A stretch of DNA of 63,421 nucleotides, filler included, from Octopus bimaculoides (GCF_001194135.2; 4 parts of 3 records of this genome joined end to end with filler, not necessarily neighbours in it); one strand, 5' to 3'; shown: positions 50,022-63,421, counted from the first letter of the whole stretch. The notes: generated by a model from the sequence alone, not told the origin. A program made the numbers and translations.

Positions 50022-51829
50022 TATATTTCAATTGACAGAAATACTGTGAGAAATTCTACATTAACGAAGAAATAGGATATGTATCACCTCCTTTGAAGTG
50101 ATGTAAGGATATTCAGAGTACATTACATTAGAATTATTGAAACAATCGATGTGTTTGGTGAAAACAATTCATTCGAAACAATACATTCTTCTAAAATAAA
50201 AATTTCGTAATATTTGCGGTTCTGTGCGTCTATCAGGCCTTGATGTTGGGAAGGTTCTGGAAGGAAATTGAAGGCAAAAAAGAAATTAAAAGCGTGTATG
50301 CAGGATGAGTCCATGGGGAAGATATCATGTGTGTGTGTGTCTGTGTGTCGGGGGCAGGAATCAAGAGGGTGGATATGTTAATAGTAGGAAGGGTATAGAG
50401 AGAGAGGGAGAGGACAACGAATAGAAGAAAGCGAAATGTGTCAGCCAGTGAAGGCAGGACCAATGTTACCAAAATTGGTCCGATGAAAGAGTGTATTTGA
50501 CTACCCACTGACATTAGTCTGCGACAACTTAATGTGAGAGTATCTAATAAAGAGATAACTAGACAAACACACACACTAACATACGCACATACTTATAGAC
50601 CCACACGATATGTATATATATATATACATACATACACACATATACAAATACGTGCGTGCATATATATATATATGTATATATATANNNNNNNNNNNNNNNN
50701 NNNNNNNNNNNNNNNNNNNNNNNNNNNNNNNNNNNNNNNNNNNNNNNNNNNNNNNNNNNNNNNNNNNNNNNNNNNNNNNNNNNNNNNNNNNNNNNNNNNN
50801 NNNNNNNNNNNNNNNNNNNNNNNNNNNNNNNNNNNNNNNNNNNNNNNNNNNNNNNNNNNNNNNNNNNNNNNNNNNNNNNNNNNNNNNNNNNNNNNNNNNN
50901 NNNNNNNNNNNNNNNNNNNNNNNNNNNNNNNNNNNNNNNNNNNNNNNNNNNNNNNNNNNNNNNNNNNNNNNNNNNNNNNNNNNNNNNNNNNNNNNNNNNN
51001 NNNNNNNNNNNNNNNNNNNNNNNNNNNNNNNNNNNNNNNNNNNNNNNNNNNNNNNNNNNNNNNNNNNNNNNNNNNNNNNNNNNNNNNNNNNNNNNNNNNN
51101 NNNNNNNNNNNNNNNNNNNNNNNNNNNNNNNNNNNNNNNNNNNNNNNNNNNNNNNNNNNNNNNNNNNNNNNNNNNNNNNNNNNNNNNNNNNNNNNNNNNN
51201 NNNNNNNNNNNNNNNNNNNNNNNNNNNNNNNNNNNNNNNNNNNNNNNNNNNNNNNNNNNNNNNNNNNNNNNNNNNNNNNNNNNNNNNNNNNNNNNNNNNN
51301 NNNNNNNNNNNNNNNNNNNNNNNNNNNNNNNNNNNNNNNNNNNNNNNNNNNNNNNNNNNNNNNNNNNNNNNNNNNNNNNNNNNNNNNNNNNNNNNNNNNN
51401 NNNNNNNNNNNNNNNNNNNNNNNNNNNNNNNNNNNNNNNNNNNNNNNNNNNNNNNNNNNNNNNNNNNNNNNNNNNNNNNNNNNNNNNNNNNNNNNNNNNN
51501 NNNNNNNNATATATATATATATCATAAGGTTTTTAAACTTTTAAATTTTCATATTCAAAAGAGACAGAGACTTCAAATTCGATATATCGATTTATTCACC
51601 ACTCTATGTTAACATTTCTGTGCCAAACTTATCCAGTGACTGGTCCATTGGATTTAGACGTTTGGCACTTCTTCAGGAGTGGTTACCTTTCGAACAAAAC
51701 ACGAAAAAACACATACATAACTGTTATTAGGTCCTTAGGACATCGTTAGGTTTCGTCTTTGTTATTATAGGGGAGATGTATGTATATATATATATACATA
51801 CATACACACATATACAAATACGTGCGTGC

Positions 51830-51862
<33 letters not shown>

Positions 51863-52953
51863 TATGTATATGTGTATATATGTATGTGTATGTGTGTGTG
51901 TGCTTGTGTGTTCCTAAGTAAACATTGATTAGTGCGATGAATAAAGGAATAGTTACTGGGAACTTTTTCTGTGTATTCTTTCAGGTTTGTTAAATATATA
52001 TATAGTAACGATTATGATGCGCTGTAATGAATACTTGGTAATGACAATGTGATATATTTACAAGATTTTACACTAAAAGCATTCGTGAAAGGTATAGTGT
52101 ACTATGATTTTTCCAGTGTATACTTTCACGTCAACCCTTTGAATTCTCACATTCAGGAAATGAAATTTTATATTTAAATCTATTATTCCAGTTCATTTTC
52201 TCTGCTTCAAACAATTTGCGCAGACATTTCTACAAATAATGAACATTCAAATTGAAATGTTACTGTAATACAAATGATGATTTTAAATAGAAAAACAATT
52301 ATTTATTTTGAATGGCATCACTAGCCACGTGGATAATATCATTTTGAATATAAAATAGCTGTTGAGCTGTTTCAGAAATACATTCAGATAAAAGAACATA
52401 GTAAATACTCATTAGTTTACAGAATATAAATTGCAATTTTGTTTTCAAATGATTGATGGAAATCTTACACTAAAACTTTTCAAAAAATCTAAATGTTTTC
52501 CTTTATATTACACGGATAAACACACATTTCTCAGTCTTGTTGAATTTTGTTTAACTTTCGAACGCTATTACATATGCATACGTACCGTCTACTTTCATCC
52601 CTATCTTATACTTTCATCAACACCTCTAACGTAATACGGTATATATTACAGTATTTTAAACACCAAATGTTAACTATTTATTTTAACTATGTAGTGTTAA
52701 CTATGGTATTTTGTTTTTGATTGTATAAAAACGCACAACTCTTAATCCGCTTGTCCATTGAAATTAGACTACGACGTGTATTTGCTGCATGGTTTCAAAT
52801 GAGCTGTAACTTTATCACAGCAAGATATTATAAATACCTTCATATTTTCTTTATACGAATAAATACACATGGAATAGTCTGTCATTGACAATATATGCAA
52901 ATCCATACCTACTCGCGTAACCCATGCATTGAAGGGATTTTGCTCGAGAACGT

Positions 52954-52989
<36 letters not shown>

Positions 52990-53559
52990 NNNNNNNNNNN
53001 NNNNNNNNNNNNNNNNNNNNNNNNNNNNNNNNNNNNNNNNNNNNNNNNNNNNNNNNNNNNNNNNNNNNNNNNNNNNNNNNNNNNNNNNNNNNNNNNNNNN
53101 NNNNNNNNNNNNNNNNNNNNNNNNNNNNNNNNNNNNNNNNNNNNNNNNNNNNNNNNNNNNNNNNNNNNNNNNNNNNNNNNNNNNNNNNNNNNNNNNNNNN
53201 NNNNNNNNNNNNNNNNNNNNNNNNNNNNNNNNNNNNNNNNNNNNNNNNNNNNNNNNNNNNNNNNNNNNNNNNNNNNNNNNNNNNNNNNNNNNNNNNNNNN
53301 NNNNNNNNNNNNNNNNNNNNNNNNNNNNNNNNNNNNNNNNNNNNNNNNNNNNNNNNNNNNNNNNNNNNNNNNNNNNNNNNNNNNNNNNNNNNNNNNNNNN
53401 NNNNNNNNNNNNNNNNNNNNNNNNNNNNNNNNNNNNNNNNNNNNNNNNNNNNNNNNNNNNNNNNNATATATATATATATATATATATAAGTAAATTTTGT
53501 TCCTACCTCAACGAGGTTGATCCAAACAGAACACTGTTACTATTCGTTTTAACATCAGA

Positions 53560-54051
53560 AGCTGGCTAACGACATACTACCTAGCTCTGTTATATTGCAA
53601 ACAAGGGAGCGAACAACTCTCATCTGGCGGTGTGAGGAACCAGTAGAAAAGCTAGTTTCTGGGTGTAACTCTTCCTCGTCGATACTGGTTATTCTTGTCT
53701 GCTTGACATGGCAGTCGTTTGGCGTAGTTTGCAATATATAACTAGATAAGAGATGTAAGTTACTACTTGTATCTCGTATTGGGATTTTAGAACTAACTAC
53801 TTTGCTGGGGGTAAGTTCAGTAGGTGTGTCTCGAATATTTATTGTCGATGTGAGTTGTTCGCTCCCTTATATGTAATATAACGGAAACAGATAGTGTCAT
53901 TAGCCAGCTGGAGATTATCCTCCGCGGGTTCAAAAGATAGTGTGTTTTGTTTTGGAACAAATTCGTTGAGGTGCTAGCAATCGTTACATTTCAGTAGAGT
54001 TGCTACTTGCATCACGGATAGAGATTTTAGAACTACTAGCTACTTTGCTGG
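53560..54051. repeat. Composite inverted (53560-53624 / 53847-53909) and direct (53759-53808 / 54000-54051) repeat
   Basis: GCTGGCTAA...AAGGGAGCGAACAACTC mirrored; TACTTG.ATC.CG...GATTTTAGAACTA..CTACTTTGCTGG repeated. Confidence 0.7.
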
Positions 54052-54107
54052 ATACACACAAACACACACACACATATATATATATATTTATATATATNNN
54101 NNNNNNN

Positions 54108-54138
<31 letters not shown>

Positions 54139-54315
54139 CGTAAACTATATATGTAGCTGCATCCATTCATAAAGGACTTACAAAACACGGACAAAGTGTT
54201 TTCTTTCATCTTGCTCAAGTTTCTGTTCTATGTAGTATTTACAAGTTAAAGTTATGTTGCGTATAATTACCTTGCTTATAAAGTGATTGAAGGTCAATAT
54301 ATGATTGTACGCATG

Positions 54316-54361
<46 letters not shown>

Positions 54362-54771
54362 TGAGCGTATTTATGTGTGCTCGTGTATATCTTTGTGTGT
54401 GTGTGTGTGTAAGTTTGCGTGTGAGCGTATCTGTGTATGTCTGTATATCTGTGCATAAATATAACGAACGTATATCTACCTGTATATGTGTATATCACAT
54501 TGACTGTCTGCAGACAGTTTTTAGTCTAAATAATTTGCTTTTAATAACGGAAGTAAAAACAATTCCGGCTTCTATTTAGCACTTTAGTTTTTTTCACAGA
54601 AAACACTGACTAATTGTTTCAGACTTTTAGAGCCATCGGTAAGTAAATACAGGAAATTCTTCTATACCATCATCATAAGTGCACTCTGCCAAAAACGCAA
54701 TTATTTCTCTGTCTATAAATGTCTACGAACGTCATGTATATTTCAAGTAGTGTATACATACATAGAAATAC

Positions 54772-54818
<47 letters not shown>

Positions 54819-55357
54819 TCAGTAAATAGTGGGGCATATATGTGTTTGTGTATATCATATGTATATATAAATATGTGTGTGTGTGTGTATGTATATTTAT
54901 ATATGTTTGTGTTTGTTTGTGTATTGTTGTGTGTATGTGGGTGTGTGTGTGTGTTTGTGTTTATATGCGTGTATTCATAATGCGTATGTGTTGGAAAACA
55001 CGCAAACATATGTATGTGCATTTAACAAGTTCATAAACGCGCAAAGATATATACCAGCATTATATACAACAACCTCGTTTCAAATATCTACACATCCAGC
55101 TGGGCAATGAATGATACCATCGTGCAGCAAAGAACGTATTTCAGCGTGGGTACGGTCCATCAGCTACCGACACCCTTTCAATCGCTCGCATCCCGGTCTC
55201 ACCTAAAACACAAACAATTAGCTTTGAATGAATCGACATATACTGCGCACACAAAGATACATCGGTCGTCCTCTCCCCAATTAACACTTATTTGTGTGAG
55301 ATAAAGCGTGTGCGTTTGAGTCTATGAGTGTGTGTTTCTCTCTGTTTGTGTGTGTGT

Positions 55358-55399
<42 letters not shown>

Positions 55400-56211
55400 T
55401 CTTCAGGCTAAAACCGGTGATACTCGGTTTTAGCGGAGTATTATGTAATTTATTGTGTGTAGATCCTCATGCCAGTGATCTTGCGCTTTTGTTTGTTAAG
55501 TCAATATCTTTTTATTTTTGTTTTTCGTTCTCTGATTAAATTTATTGAGTGATGTGAGTTTTATTTGCATAATAATTATACAATTAAAATCTTGATGAAG
55601 CTGTGTTTTTGCATGTGTTTTTACCTCCTGAATACTGTGTTCAAGAAGAAAATAATTAACACAATACGATCTTGACTACATTACAAAACTTCTAATGAAT
55701 AATCATATTTGAAACACACATGCACTTCAAAGAGTAACCAACAAAAATGGCAAGAAAAATTTCGACACCTGACGCCAAAGCGGGGACCAATTAGCACATA
55801 CAAATATAGGAAATCACCCACATTGACATATATAATTTGCCACCAAAATCAATTTGTTCCATGACACGCGTTAAAATTGATTCGTGAGATAAGAATCCTA
55901 TTTCAAGAAATGAAAAATGTGTGTGCGCGTGTGAGTGCACCTGTATTGTGTGCGTCTGTTTATCCATGAATATAAAGTAAACAAAGAATTCAACACGCAT
56001 TTGTAGTTTTAAAAGAATCCATTCCGATTTACTTAATCAATTTGACAATTTCTCGCTTTCCAAATGAGCGAGAGAGAGAGAGAGAGAAAGATAGAAAGGG
56101 GGAGAGCGGGAGATATAGAGATAGAGAGACAAAGAAAGAGTTCTAGAAAAATTTACAAAGTTGGCCAAACACCATGCACCAAAACATTTCACATATTATT
56201 TACATGATATC

Positions 56212-56290
<79 letters not shown>

Positions 56291-56638
56291 GTTTGACTTT
56301 TGCTTTGTATTTGCACAAGTTGGCTCCAAGTCTCTCGCAGAGACTTCAAGACACAACAAGTTCATGTTGGTGATATGCCAAGGATGTCACATATTTGGTT
56401 TTGGACAGAATACTCTTCTAGAAAATGTTTTAGAAAACAATAAAATTATGAGTTTATTTTAAAATTTGAGATTACACATTATTTTACGTAGGTTAAGGGC
56501 AGTCCACACGAGTACTATCTTTTGAATTTCTTCCATTTTGGGTTTTGTGGTATCTAAACTAGGTAGCATTCAGCCCCTCTTGCTATCATTTCTAGGGTAT
56601 CTATGACAACAGATATTGTTTTAGGCTATTATTTTAAA

Positions 56639-56723
<85 letters not shown>

Positions 56724-56823
56724 NNNNNNNNNNNNNNNNNNNNNNNNNNNNNNNNNNNNNNNNNNNNTTAATTAATTAANNNNNNNNNNNNNNNNNNNNN
56801 NNNNNNNNNNNNNNNNNNNNNNN
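56724..56823. other. Assembly scaffold-join spacer
   Basis: N44-TTAATTAATTAA-N44. Confidence 0.95.
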
Positions 56824-58170
56824 CTGATGGGCCGGGGGCTTTCCCGGTCTTCATACTCTTAATTGCTTTATCTACCCTGAAAATGTGTCAATGCTATCAA
56901 AGCTAATGCCAAATGTGAGTGTCTTTTCAAGCAGCTTTGTGAAAATGCAGACTATGTGAAACTTTTAGTTCACACTGAGATAAGGTGGTTCTCAAAGAGG
57001 AATTGCTTGAAAAGATTTATGGAACTATATGATGTTCTTAATGACTTTTTAAGTGACAAGCCTGAAATGTAGCATCTGCTAACTGTTAATGGTAAAGCAT
57101 TTGTGAGTTATTTAACAGATATCTTTGAAAAACTGAATATGTTAAATAAACAACTTCAAGGATCAAATAAAACTCTTATTGATGCAAAGCTGAAGATATT
57201 TGGCTTTGTTACATTCATTGAGGTATGTCAAAAAAAAAAAATATTTGACAAAATTTTTGACCAGTTTCACTGGCTAACAAAAATGTGAGGTGACCGATGC
57301 TGCTGTACTTGTCATTGTAGATCATCTGAAAATATTGGTCTCTGATTTGAAAGAAAGATTTTCTGATTGATTTAAAACAAATTGATTTTCCAACATGGGT
57401 GATGCAGCCAATGCTAGTGGATAAATCTGATGTTTCAATACAGTATCAGGAGGAACTCTTGGAAATGCAAAATGATGAGTCAGTTGAAACTTTATTCAAT
57501 ATAAGGGGAGTGATGTCATGGCTTTGTGATGAGACAGAAACCAAATACCCAAATTCAACCAACTTCGCAAGAAAATTGTTGTAACCATTCCAATCTTCAT
57601 ATTTAGCTGAATATGGCTTTAGTACAGTAAATGATTTATCATTGAAGAAAAGAAATCAACTAGATATCACTAAACGAGGAGACTTGAGACTAAAGCTGAC
57701 TAAAATAGTGCCTAATATAAAATCTCTTTGTAGCAGGTATGAAGCACAAGGATCTCGCTAACTTTAGTTTACTTATTTTTATTCAAATATTTTATATTTC
57801 TGCATTTCAGCTCTCTATTATATGTTTGTTGTGTCTTGCTTGACACTGTTTTGTGTGGTATTATGATGACATACTTCATTGTCGGCCTGATTGGCCCAAC
57901 GGCATGCCTTGCCGACTCGTTATGTCTGTCAACTATTTATTTGTAGTGGAACAACCCACTGCTCTGGCTCGGAGGTGTCCTCCACATTTTTGAAACTTTA
58001 TTTATTTAACTGTCCTCCTGTTTTTTCTTTTCCTTTTTCATGAAGGCCATGTTCTTTGGAAGCGAATAGTAGTAAAATTTTGAATAACAAAAATTAAATA
58101 TCACAAGGTGACATCAGGACTTTAGAAATGAATTGGTAGGGCATGACCAAAAATCGGTTGGGAACCACTG
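56824..58170 (+). mobile_element. hAT (Buster/Charlie-type) transposon, 3' half, degenerate
   Basis: KLLVHTEIRWFSK, YLTDIFEKLNMLNKQLQG, PFQSSYLAEYGFS...KKRNQLDI..GDLRLKLT; right TIR GGTTGGGAACCACTG ending at 58170, followed by ATTTAGAG. Confidence 0.92.
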
Positions 58171-58743
58171 ATTTAGAGTGATCCCATTTACTCTTACTGT
58201 TTTTGCCACTCTCACCCACCTTTCAATAAATTCATTTGGGAACATCACTTCTATTTCTATTCTCACTTTCCTTATCTGATGAAACTTGAAAAAGTCAAGG
58301 GGGCTCTACCAAGTGTCTGTCCTCATTACTTTTCAACTTTGTCCATCACACAACCTCTTTCGCTATAGCCACTAGACAAATAACCTAAAAACCTCTTCAA
58401 AATTGCCAATTAGTTCTCACTTCAAACTATTTCCATTTCCTGCTAGCACTTTGCTAAATACAATAAATTCTGATCTAATTGCTCTCTTCATGGAATTTCA
58501 TCATAACTGCTCCTGTCAATTACTGCATAACTAATTCACTATTATAGTTCCTGTTGTCTTTAGCAATTTGTGCACCAGTAAGGACACATACAATTTTCAG
58601 TAATTAGGTCCCTGACTAGCAGTCCTACCTAAGTCAGTGAAGTAGATCACAAATTTGTGCTTTGTATAGTTTACCATTTTGAGCCAGACATCTTACACCA
58701 TCCTTATATGTTGACCTAAATTAAAAGTCTATCTAGATATGAC

Positions 58744-60370
58744 TTAGATGATAATGTGCTTGCTCCATGTCCACACTGGCACATCAGAGAAATCTAGTAG
58801 GTACCTATCAGACAGTTGGAAACTTCTGAGCGGGTATTTAAGGCTTTTCCATCTACTTGTCCTATGTACGAGCCCCATACATTCCCTTCGTGCATCTAAA
58901 ATACAGTTCCAGTCCTCTACTAATAGTGATAAGGTTTTACTTAGGAAAGTTTTTAGACATCTGAAGAAATCTGACTGTCCTATCCATGTCAGGGCATGGA
59001 CAGCCACTAGTCTGAAGGCATCACCTTTGCTGCTGCTCACATCCAGGCCTACCAACTCACCATCTGAGTTTGGGAAGACAGCCTGTACCTTGAGATTAAA
59101 GAATAAAACTACCACTTGGTAAATCAACCCCAACAAGCCACAAGATGAGAATATCTCATAGTTATTGAAAATGGGTGTGAGTATGAATGCTCCAGGGATC
59201 CTGGTCTCACTAATGGGTGCTATATTTAAGCCAAGTGGTTTGAGATCATTGAGAAAATGGCCTTGTTACCAAGCTGACTTTATATCACACACATTTATAC
59301 ACCCAACTCTGAGGACAGCTATGCTTGTTAAGGAGAAAACAAAAATGGAGAGGTCATTCACTTAGGTCTTTAAGGAGGTTGGTTGATTCAGCCTTCTCAT
59401 TGGTTAAGATGGGAATTTTGAAAGGTTTTTATAAAGCATTTTGTTGGGCATTTTTTGAAAAGCCCTACATCAAATGGAAAATTTCCTTTTATTCCTATGT
59501 ATGTCTATGAATCTCTTTGTATGGGAAGTCTATTTTTGTGAATTTTGGGGAGGAACTCTTCAAAGCTAATGGGTACCATTAGTGGCAATGTTATTGTTGT
59601 TTGTTTCTCCATCAAGTCAATATTGCTTGTTGTCTCCATCAAGTCAATATTGCTCATTTGAACATGGTGAAACTAATGTAATTTTCTTCTATGATTTGCT
59701 TTGAGTGCTGTTTTATTTTTTATCTTTTTTATGTGGTTGTAATTGCGGTTTTTGTTTCAGTTGTTGCTAATGCTGTTGTTTCTGTTGTGGTTAAGACTGT
59801 AGTGATACATTGGCCATGTCATGTGCTCCAAGACTATTTGCTGTCCCTTTGAATGAACCAGTTTTTGTTTTTCACTGTCCCCTTCCCTCTGTCACAGACA
59901 TTTTTTTGTTTTAACTTTTTGTCAACTGGTAAGACCACTGATCTGGGGAGATAGCTGAGTGAGGAAGAGAAAGTGTTTCTTTAGTGTTGGGAGTCTTTCT
60001 TCACTTTAAGGGTGCCTATTGGTGCTGCTGCTTCTGTTTTGGCTGGCTCCAATTGGGATGCTATTGTTCATGTTGTTGGGGTTGTTACTGCTGTTTTGCT
60101 TGAGTTGGTGGCAATGGAGTATGAAGATGAAATCTTCATTCTTGAAAGAGGAGATGGAATGACTCTTCACTTTGGCTTCCATAGTGAATCTTACATACAC
60201 TGTGCGAAACTTTTTCTATAGGCAGTACAGGTTTTTTGCTGTCACACAGATTTCAGACAACTTTCTACTTGAGCATGTATGGGTAACTGTCTATGCATTC
60301 GTTGGTTACAGTGCATTTATTTTTCTCTTCCAACTGAAGCTACCTCTGTGCCTCTCATCTCTTGCCTAGC
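58744..60370 (-). mobile_element. Tx1/L1-like LINE 5' part (ORF1 remnant about 59330-60330 plus APE endonuclease about 58744-59322), degenerate
   Basis: VLRVGCINV...NIAPISETR, GELVGLDV..FRLVAVHA...LVEDWNCILDA...FQLSDRY...WTW; upstream RTVYVRFTMEAKVKSHSISSFKNEDFI is ORF1/RRM-like. Confidence 0.82.
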
Positions 60371-60444
60371 ACACGTTTTTCTTGGTTCTATTCCTTCCCT
60401 TAGCTGAAAGGTCTTTGTCGTGTGATCTACTTGGTGACCCCACA

Positions 60445-60710
60445 GGGTGCTGGTGGCATGTAAAAAGCATTTGTGCTGGTGCTTCATAAAACATACTAGT
60501 GTTGGTGCCACATAAAAAACACTGATGTTGGTACCACATAAAAAGCACTTAGTACACTCTGTAAAGTGGCTGGTGTCAGGAAGAGTATTCAGTCATAAAA
60601 ACCATGGCAAAACAGACAATTGGAGTTTGGTGCAGCTCTCCAGCTTGCCAGTTCCTGTCAAAACACCTAATCCATGCCATCATGGAAAACAGACATTCAA
60701 TGAAGATGAT
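60445..60710 (+). mobile_element. SINE-type repeat 3' part with GGTGCCACATAAAAAGCAC tandem units
   Basis: About four imperfect ~25-bp units followed by TGTAAAGTGG...CAGGAAG...CATGGAAAACAGAC...GATGAT tail; diverged. Confidence 0.55.
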
Positions 60711-60815
60711 ATATATATTCCTGTACATATATATAAGTATACTTGTGTGTGTATATGTCTAAGTGTATGTATAAAGATAGAAATAGTGTACATCAGCTTT
60801 TTTTCTCTTTCTTTC

Positions 60816-60850
<35 letters not shown>

Positions 60851-61399
60851 ACACATGCTGTTATCTGTAACATGTCTCCCTGGTCCATTCTTTCTTCAGC
60901 CTGTTAATTGTTAATAGTCAATCTGTCTAGGATCCTTATGTCAGAACATTTTTATGACCTTCATAAATGCATTTTTTCTCTTTCACTCCTCAATAAGAAC
61001 AAAGATACTGTGTAAAATACATTCACTAAAATACATTCACTAACAGAGACACATGCTTATACAAACTTGCATGCAATATTACAGAAATTTTAGGTGAGTA
61101 CATTTAAATGTACCTGTGGCAACACAGAAATATATGCAAAATACAACATATGGATACAAAAATACATACATTTATACACAGATAACACACAAACATATAT
61201 ATAAGGATACATCTCCACATGTATATATGAGCAAACACAAATGTATAAAATATATATACATGCATAAAAACTCTGTTAGATGGTGGCTTTTGTAGGACAA
61301 TACAGAGTACAAACTTATTTAGGTCCTAATTCTAGTTGTGTGAAGAATTAATTACAAATTGCTAGTATAATATGGATTAGTAAAAAAACAAACAAACAA

Positions 61400-63165
61400 T
61401 AACGAAACTAAGCAGTTGACAGGGATAAATAAGTAGGAGGGGTAACTAATATTTTTATGGATTGAGGGGTTATACCTAAAGAAAATGTTACATAATCTGT
61501 GTCCATATTTCATCAGATCGTCATACTGTTTGATAATATTTCCCATACTATCACTAGTTGTTACTATTCATAATTGCTGAACTTTCAGCAATACAAAATA
61601 AATGTCTTTTATTGTACACTCTATATGGTTCTGCAACTGATTTTGCAACTGACCATTTAATAATATAATCCACCAAGTCTCTTTTCAAACTCCAAACTAA
61701 CTTTGACAGTGAAATGTTATTAACCTTAACCTGAAAGGTTATGTCATCTTGCCTTAAAGTCTGTGCTACAAGCCCCTACCTAAATGTATCTAGACAGGTT
61801 AGTGATATCTATAAAACCATAGACAATGTGTGTAATAAGACATTTATTATCTAAAGAGCAGGAGGACGAGCACTTACAATTACAAAGTTGCTTTGTGGGT
61901 GCAGGCAGGGTGTGATTTGGGTTATTGTTCCTAGTGCAGTGATGGGCAGTGTTGCAAGCACCAAGATGGCATTCAAAGTAGATGTTAGTATCCTCAACAA
62001 CCCCATCTCTATCTATCCAGTTGTTTTTGTAAGATTCTTGGGCCCGTTGTAGTGAGTTAGTAGTGCGCTAGACCTCATATTGCAATCTTGGGTATAGGTC
62101 GCTCACCTAGAATGCTGGGAGTTGACAAAGTTAGTAGGCACCAGCTGAAGGTTGGGAGGTTTCATACAGGTATTGTTAGTTTTACCCGCAGGCAGATGGA
62201 ATAATTTCTAATAATTGAGATGATGTATAATGTCAGCAGTATTGCATGTAGTAAAGTATGAAAGCTTGATGAAGAGGAGGTTAAAGATTTTTCTATAATT
62301 ACTAGAAATAGGGAAGCGTTTTACTGATAAAGCATTTTGTAGGTAGTCTGCTCTGGATACTGAGGGTGAAGGGGGGAAGAAACCAGATTATATCCCTATA
62401 TCTGGCTTGCTCCCTGCTCCTAATGGGGTAATCAAAATTGAGTTACAAAGGATTGGTTCAGACATGTAAGATACCTTGGGGAAACATGGATTAGACCAAC
62501 CATTGAAAATATAGTGCATTAAGATGTTCTAGGAATGGAGTATATGAATTACTAGTTCTTGGTTCAATCTGGGTTGGTCTGCAAAAGTTGATAGGGTCAG
62601 AACTGTAAGAAGCAAAATAACATACCTTCATATTGCATGGATGTTCATTGGATCTAGTGATGTGACCAGATTTATGGACAACGGGTGGGGAAAGGGCAAT
62701 CACGAGTGCTAGTTGAGGAATAGTGAAGATTATGCCAGATGGGAATATATTTAATTTCATTTTTATAGCCAGTGCTAAGTGCATCATTATAGTAGTCTGC
62801 ATACTGATTGGAAATGCCATTATTCGCTGAGAGAGTGAAGATCCTATATAATATACTATAAGCTATAGATGTGAAGACAAGGTGGAATGAGTTATGTAAT
62901 TCTAATGTAATATCCATGAAATCAGTAGTTTTAAGTTCATAACTAAGAAATATTTAGGCTCATGTTTTTGAAGAAATATCTAATTTTTTTTCTATACTAC
63001 TTAAATTGATTACTGCTACAACCTTGGACAGAGGATGTATATAAGAAAATTTATACAAATAATGAGCTGCTTCTGTTTCCATCTATCAATTTCTTATAAA
63101 TGAGATGATGTATAATGTCAGCAGTATTGCATGTAGTAGAGTATAAAAGTTTGATGAAGTGGGAG
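61400..63165 (-). mobile_element. Penelope-like retroelement remnant (RT thumb, linker, GIY-YIG endonuclease) with upstream partial duplication
   Basis: TDFMDITLEL...SILYRIFTLS.N.....YYNDALSTGYK (62740-62930); RDIIWFLPPF, KRFPISSNYRKIFN..IKLSY (62200-62400); CNCKCSSSCSLDNKCLITHIVY...YI*VG..TDFKAR*HN...LSKLVWSLK..IKWSV (61566-61893). Confidence 0.88.
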
Positions 63166-63168
63166 TTG

Positions 63169-63388
63169 CTCTTTTACTAGTTTCAGTCATGTGACTGTGG
63201 CCATGCTGGAGCACCACCTTTAGTCGAGCAAATCGACCCAAGACTTATTCTTTGTAAGCCTAGTACTTATTCTATTGGTCTCTTTTGCCGAACCGCTAAG
63301 TTACAGGGACATAAACACACCAGCATCAGTTGTCAAATGATGTTGGGGGGGACAAACACAGACACACAAACATAATCACACACACATA

Positions 63389-63421
<33 letters not shown>
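63169..63421 (-). mobile_element. SINE family B 3' part (continues beyond the window)
   Basis: Reverse complement of the family B tail, matching 28371-28560. Confidence 0.9.

Noticed and set aside
51650-51682. Minus-strand CTGAAGA-AGTGCC-AAACGTC
   Set aside because: Stem II cannot form and stem I is absent.
50609-51855. Identical ~76-bp TA/CA-rich string at 50609-50684 and 51779-51855
   Set aside because: Low complexity and on either side of an N gap; may be an assembly or haplotype duplication and cannot be interpreted.
60445-60560. CRISPR-like repeat/spacer pattern
   Set aside because: Units are imperfect and nearly adjacent without unique spacers, in a eukaryotic SINE context with no cas genes.

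Overview
AT-rich, microsatellite-dense, gap-riddled animal DNA. The SINE families and repeat style best fit an octopod cephalopod, which is an inference not verified by any search. I found no host protein-coding exon, tRNA, rRNA or CRISPR array that I can support. The window is almost entirely simple repeats plus decayed mobile elements: three abundant tRNA-headed SINE families, R4/Dong-like, CR1-like, RTE-like and Tx1/L1-like LINE fragments, a Penelope-like element (RT thumb plus GIY-YIG), a full-length but dead DD37D (maT-type) transposon, a DD36E Tc1-like fragment, a Buster-type hAT, MITEs and foldback elements. The most interesting signal is three unrelated short repeat families that each carry a minimal type I hammerhead-ribozyme fold with a palindromic, dimer-type stem III. 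One has a canonical core and sits in a tRNA-headed SINE with a 5' inverted duplication (26.3-26.7 kb). One has an A6U core (43.7 and 32.2 kb). One has a reciprocal G3:C8 swap of the conserved C3:G8 tertiary pair (46.7 and 38.0 kb). They co-occur with a Penelope-like remnant, suggesting ribozyme-bearing non-autonomous elements mobilised by Penelope-like retroelements. Three 100-bp N44-TTAATTAATTAA-N44 blocks are assembly joins, so adjacency across 16.6, 46.9 and 56.7 kb is unproven.
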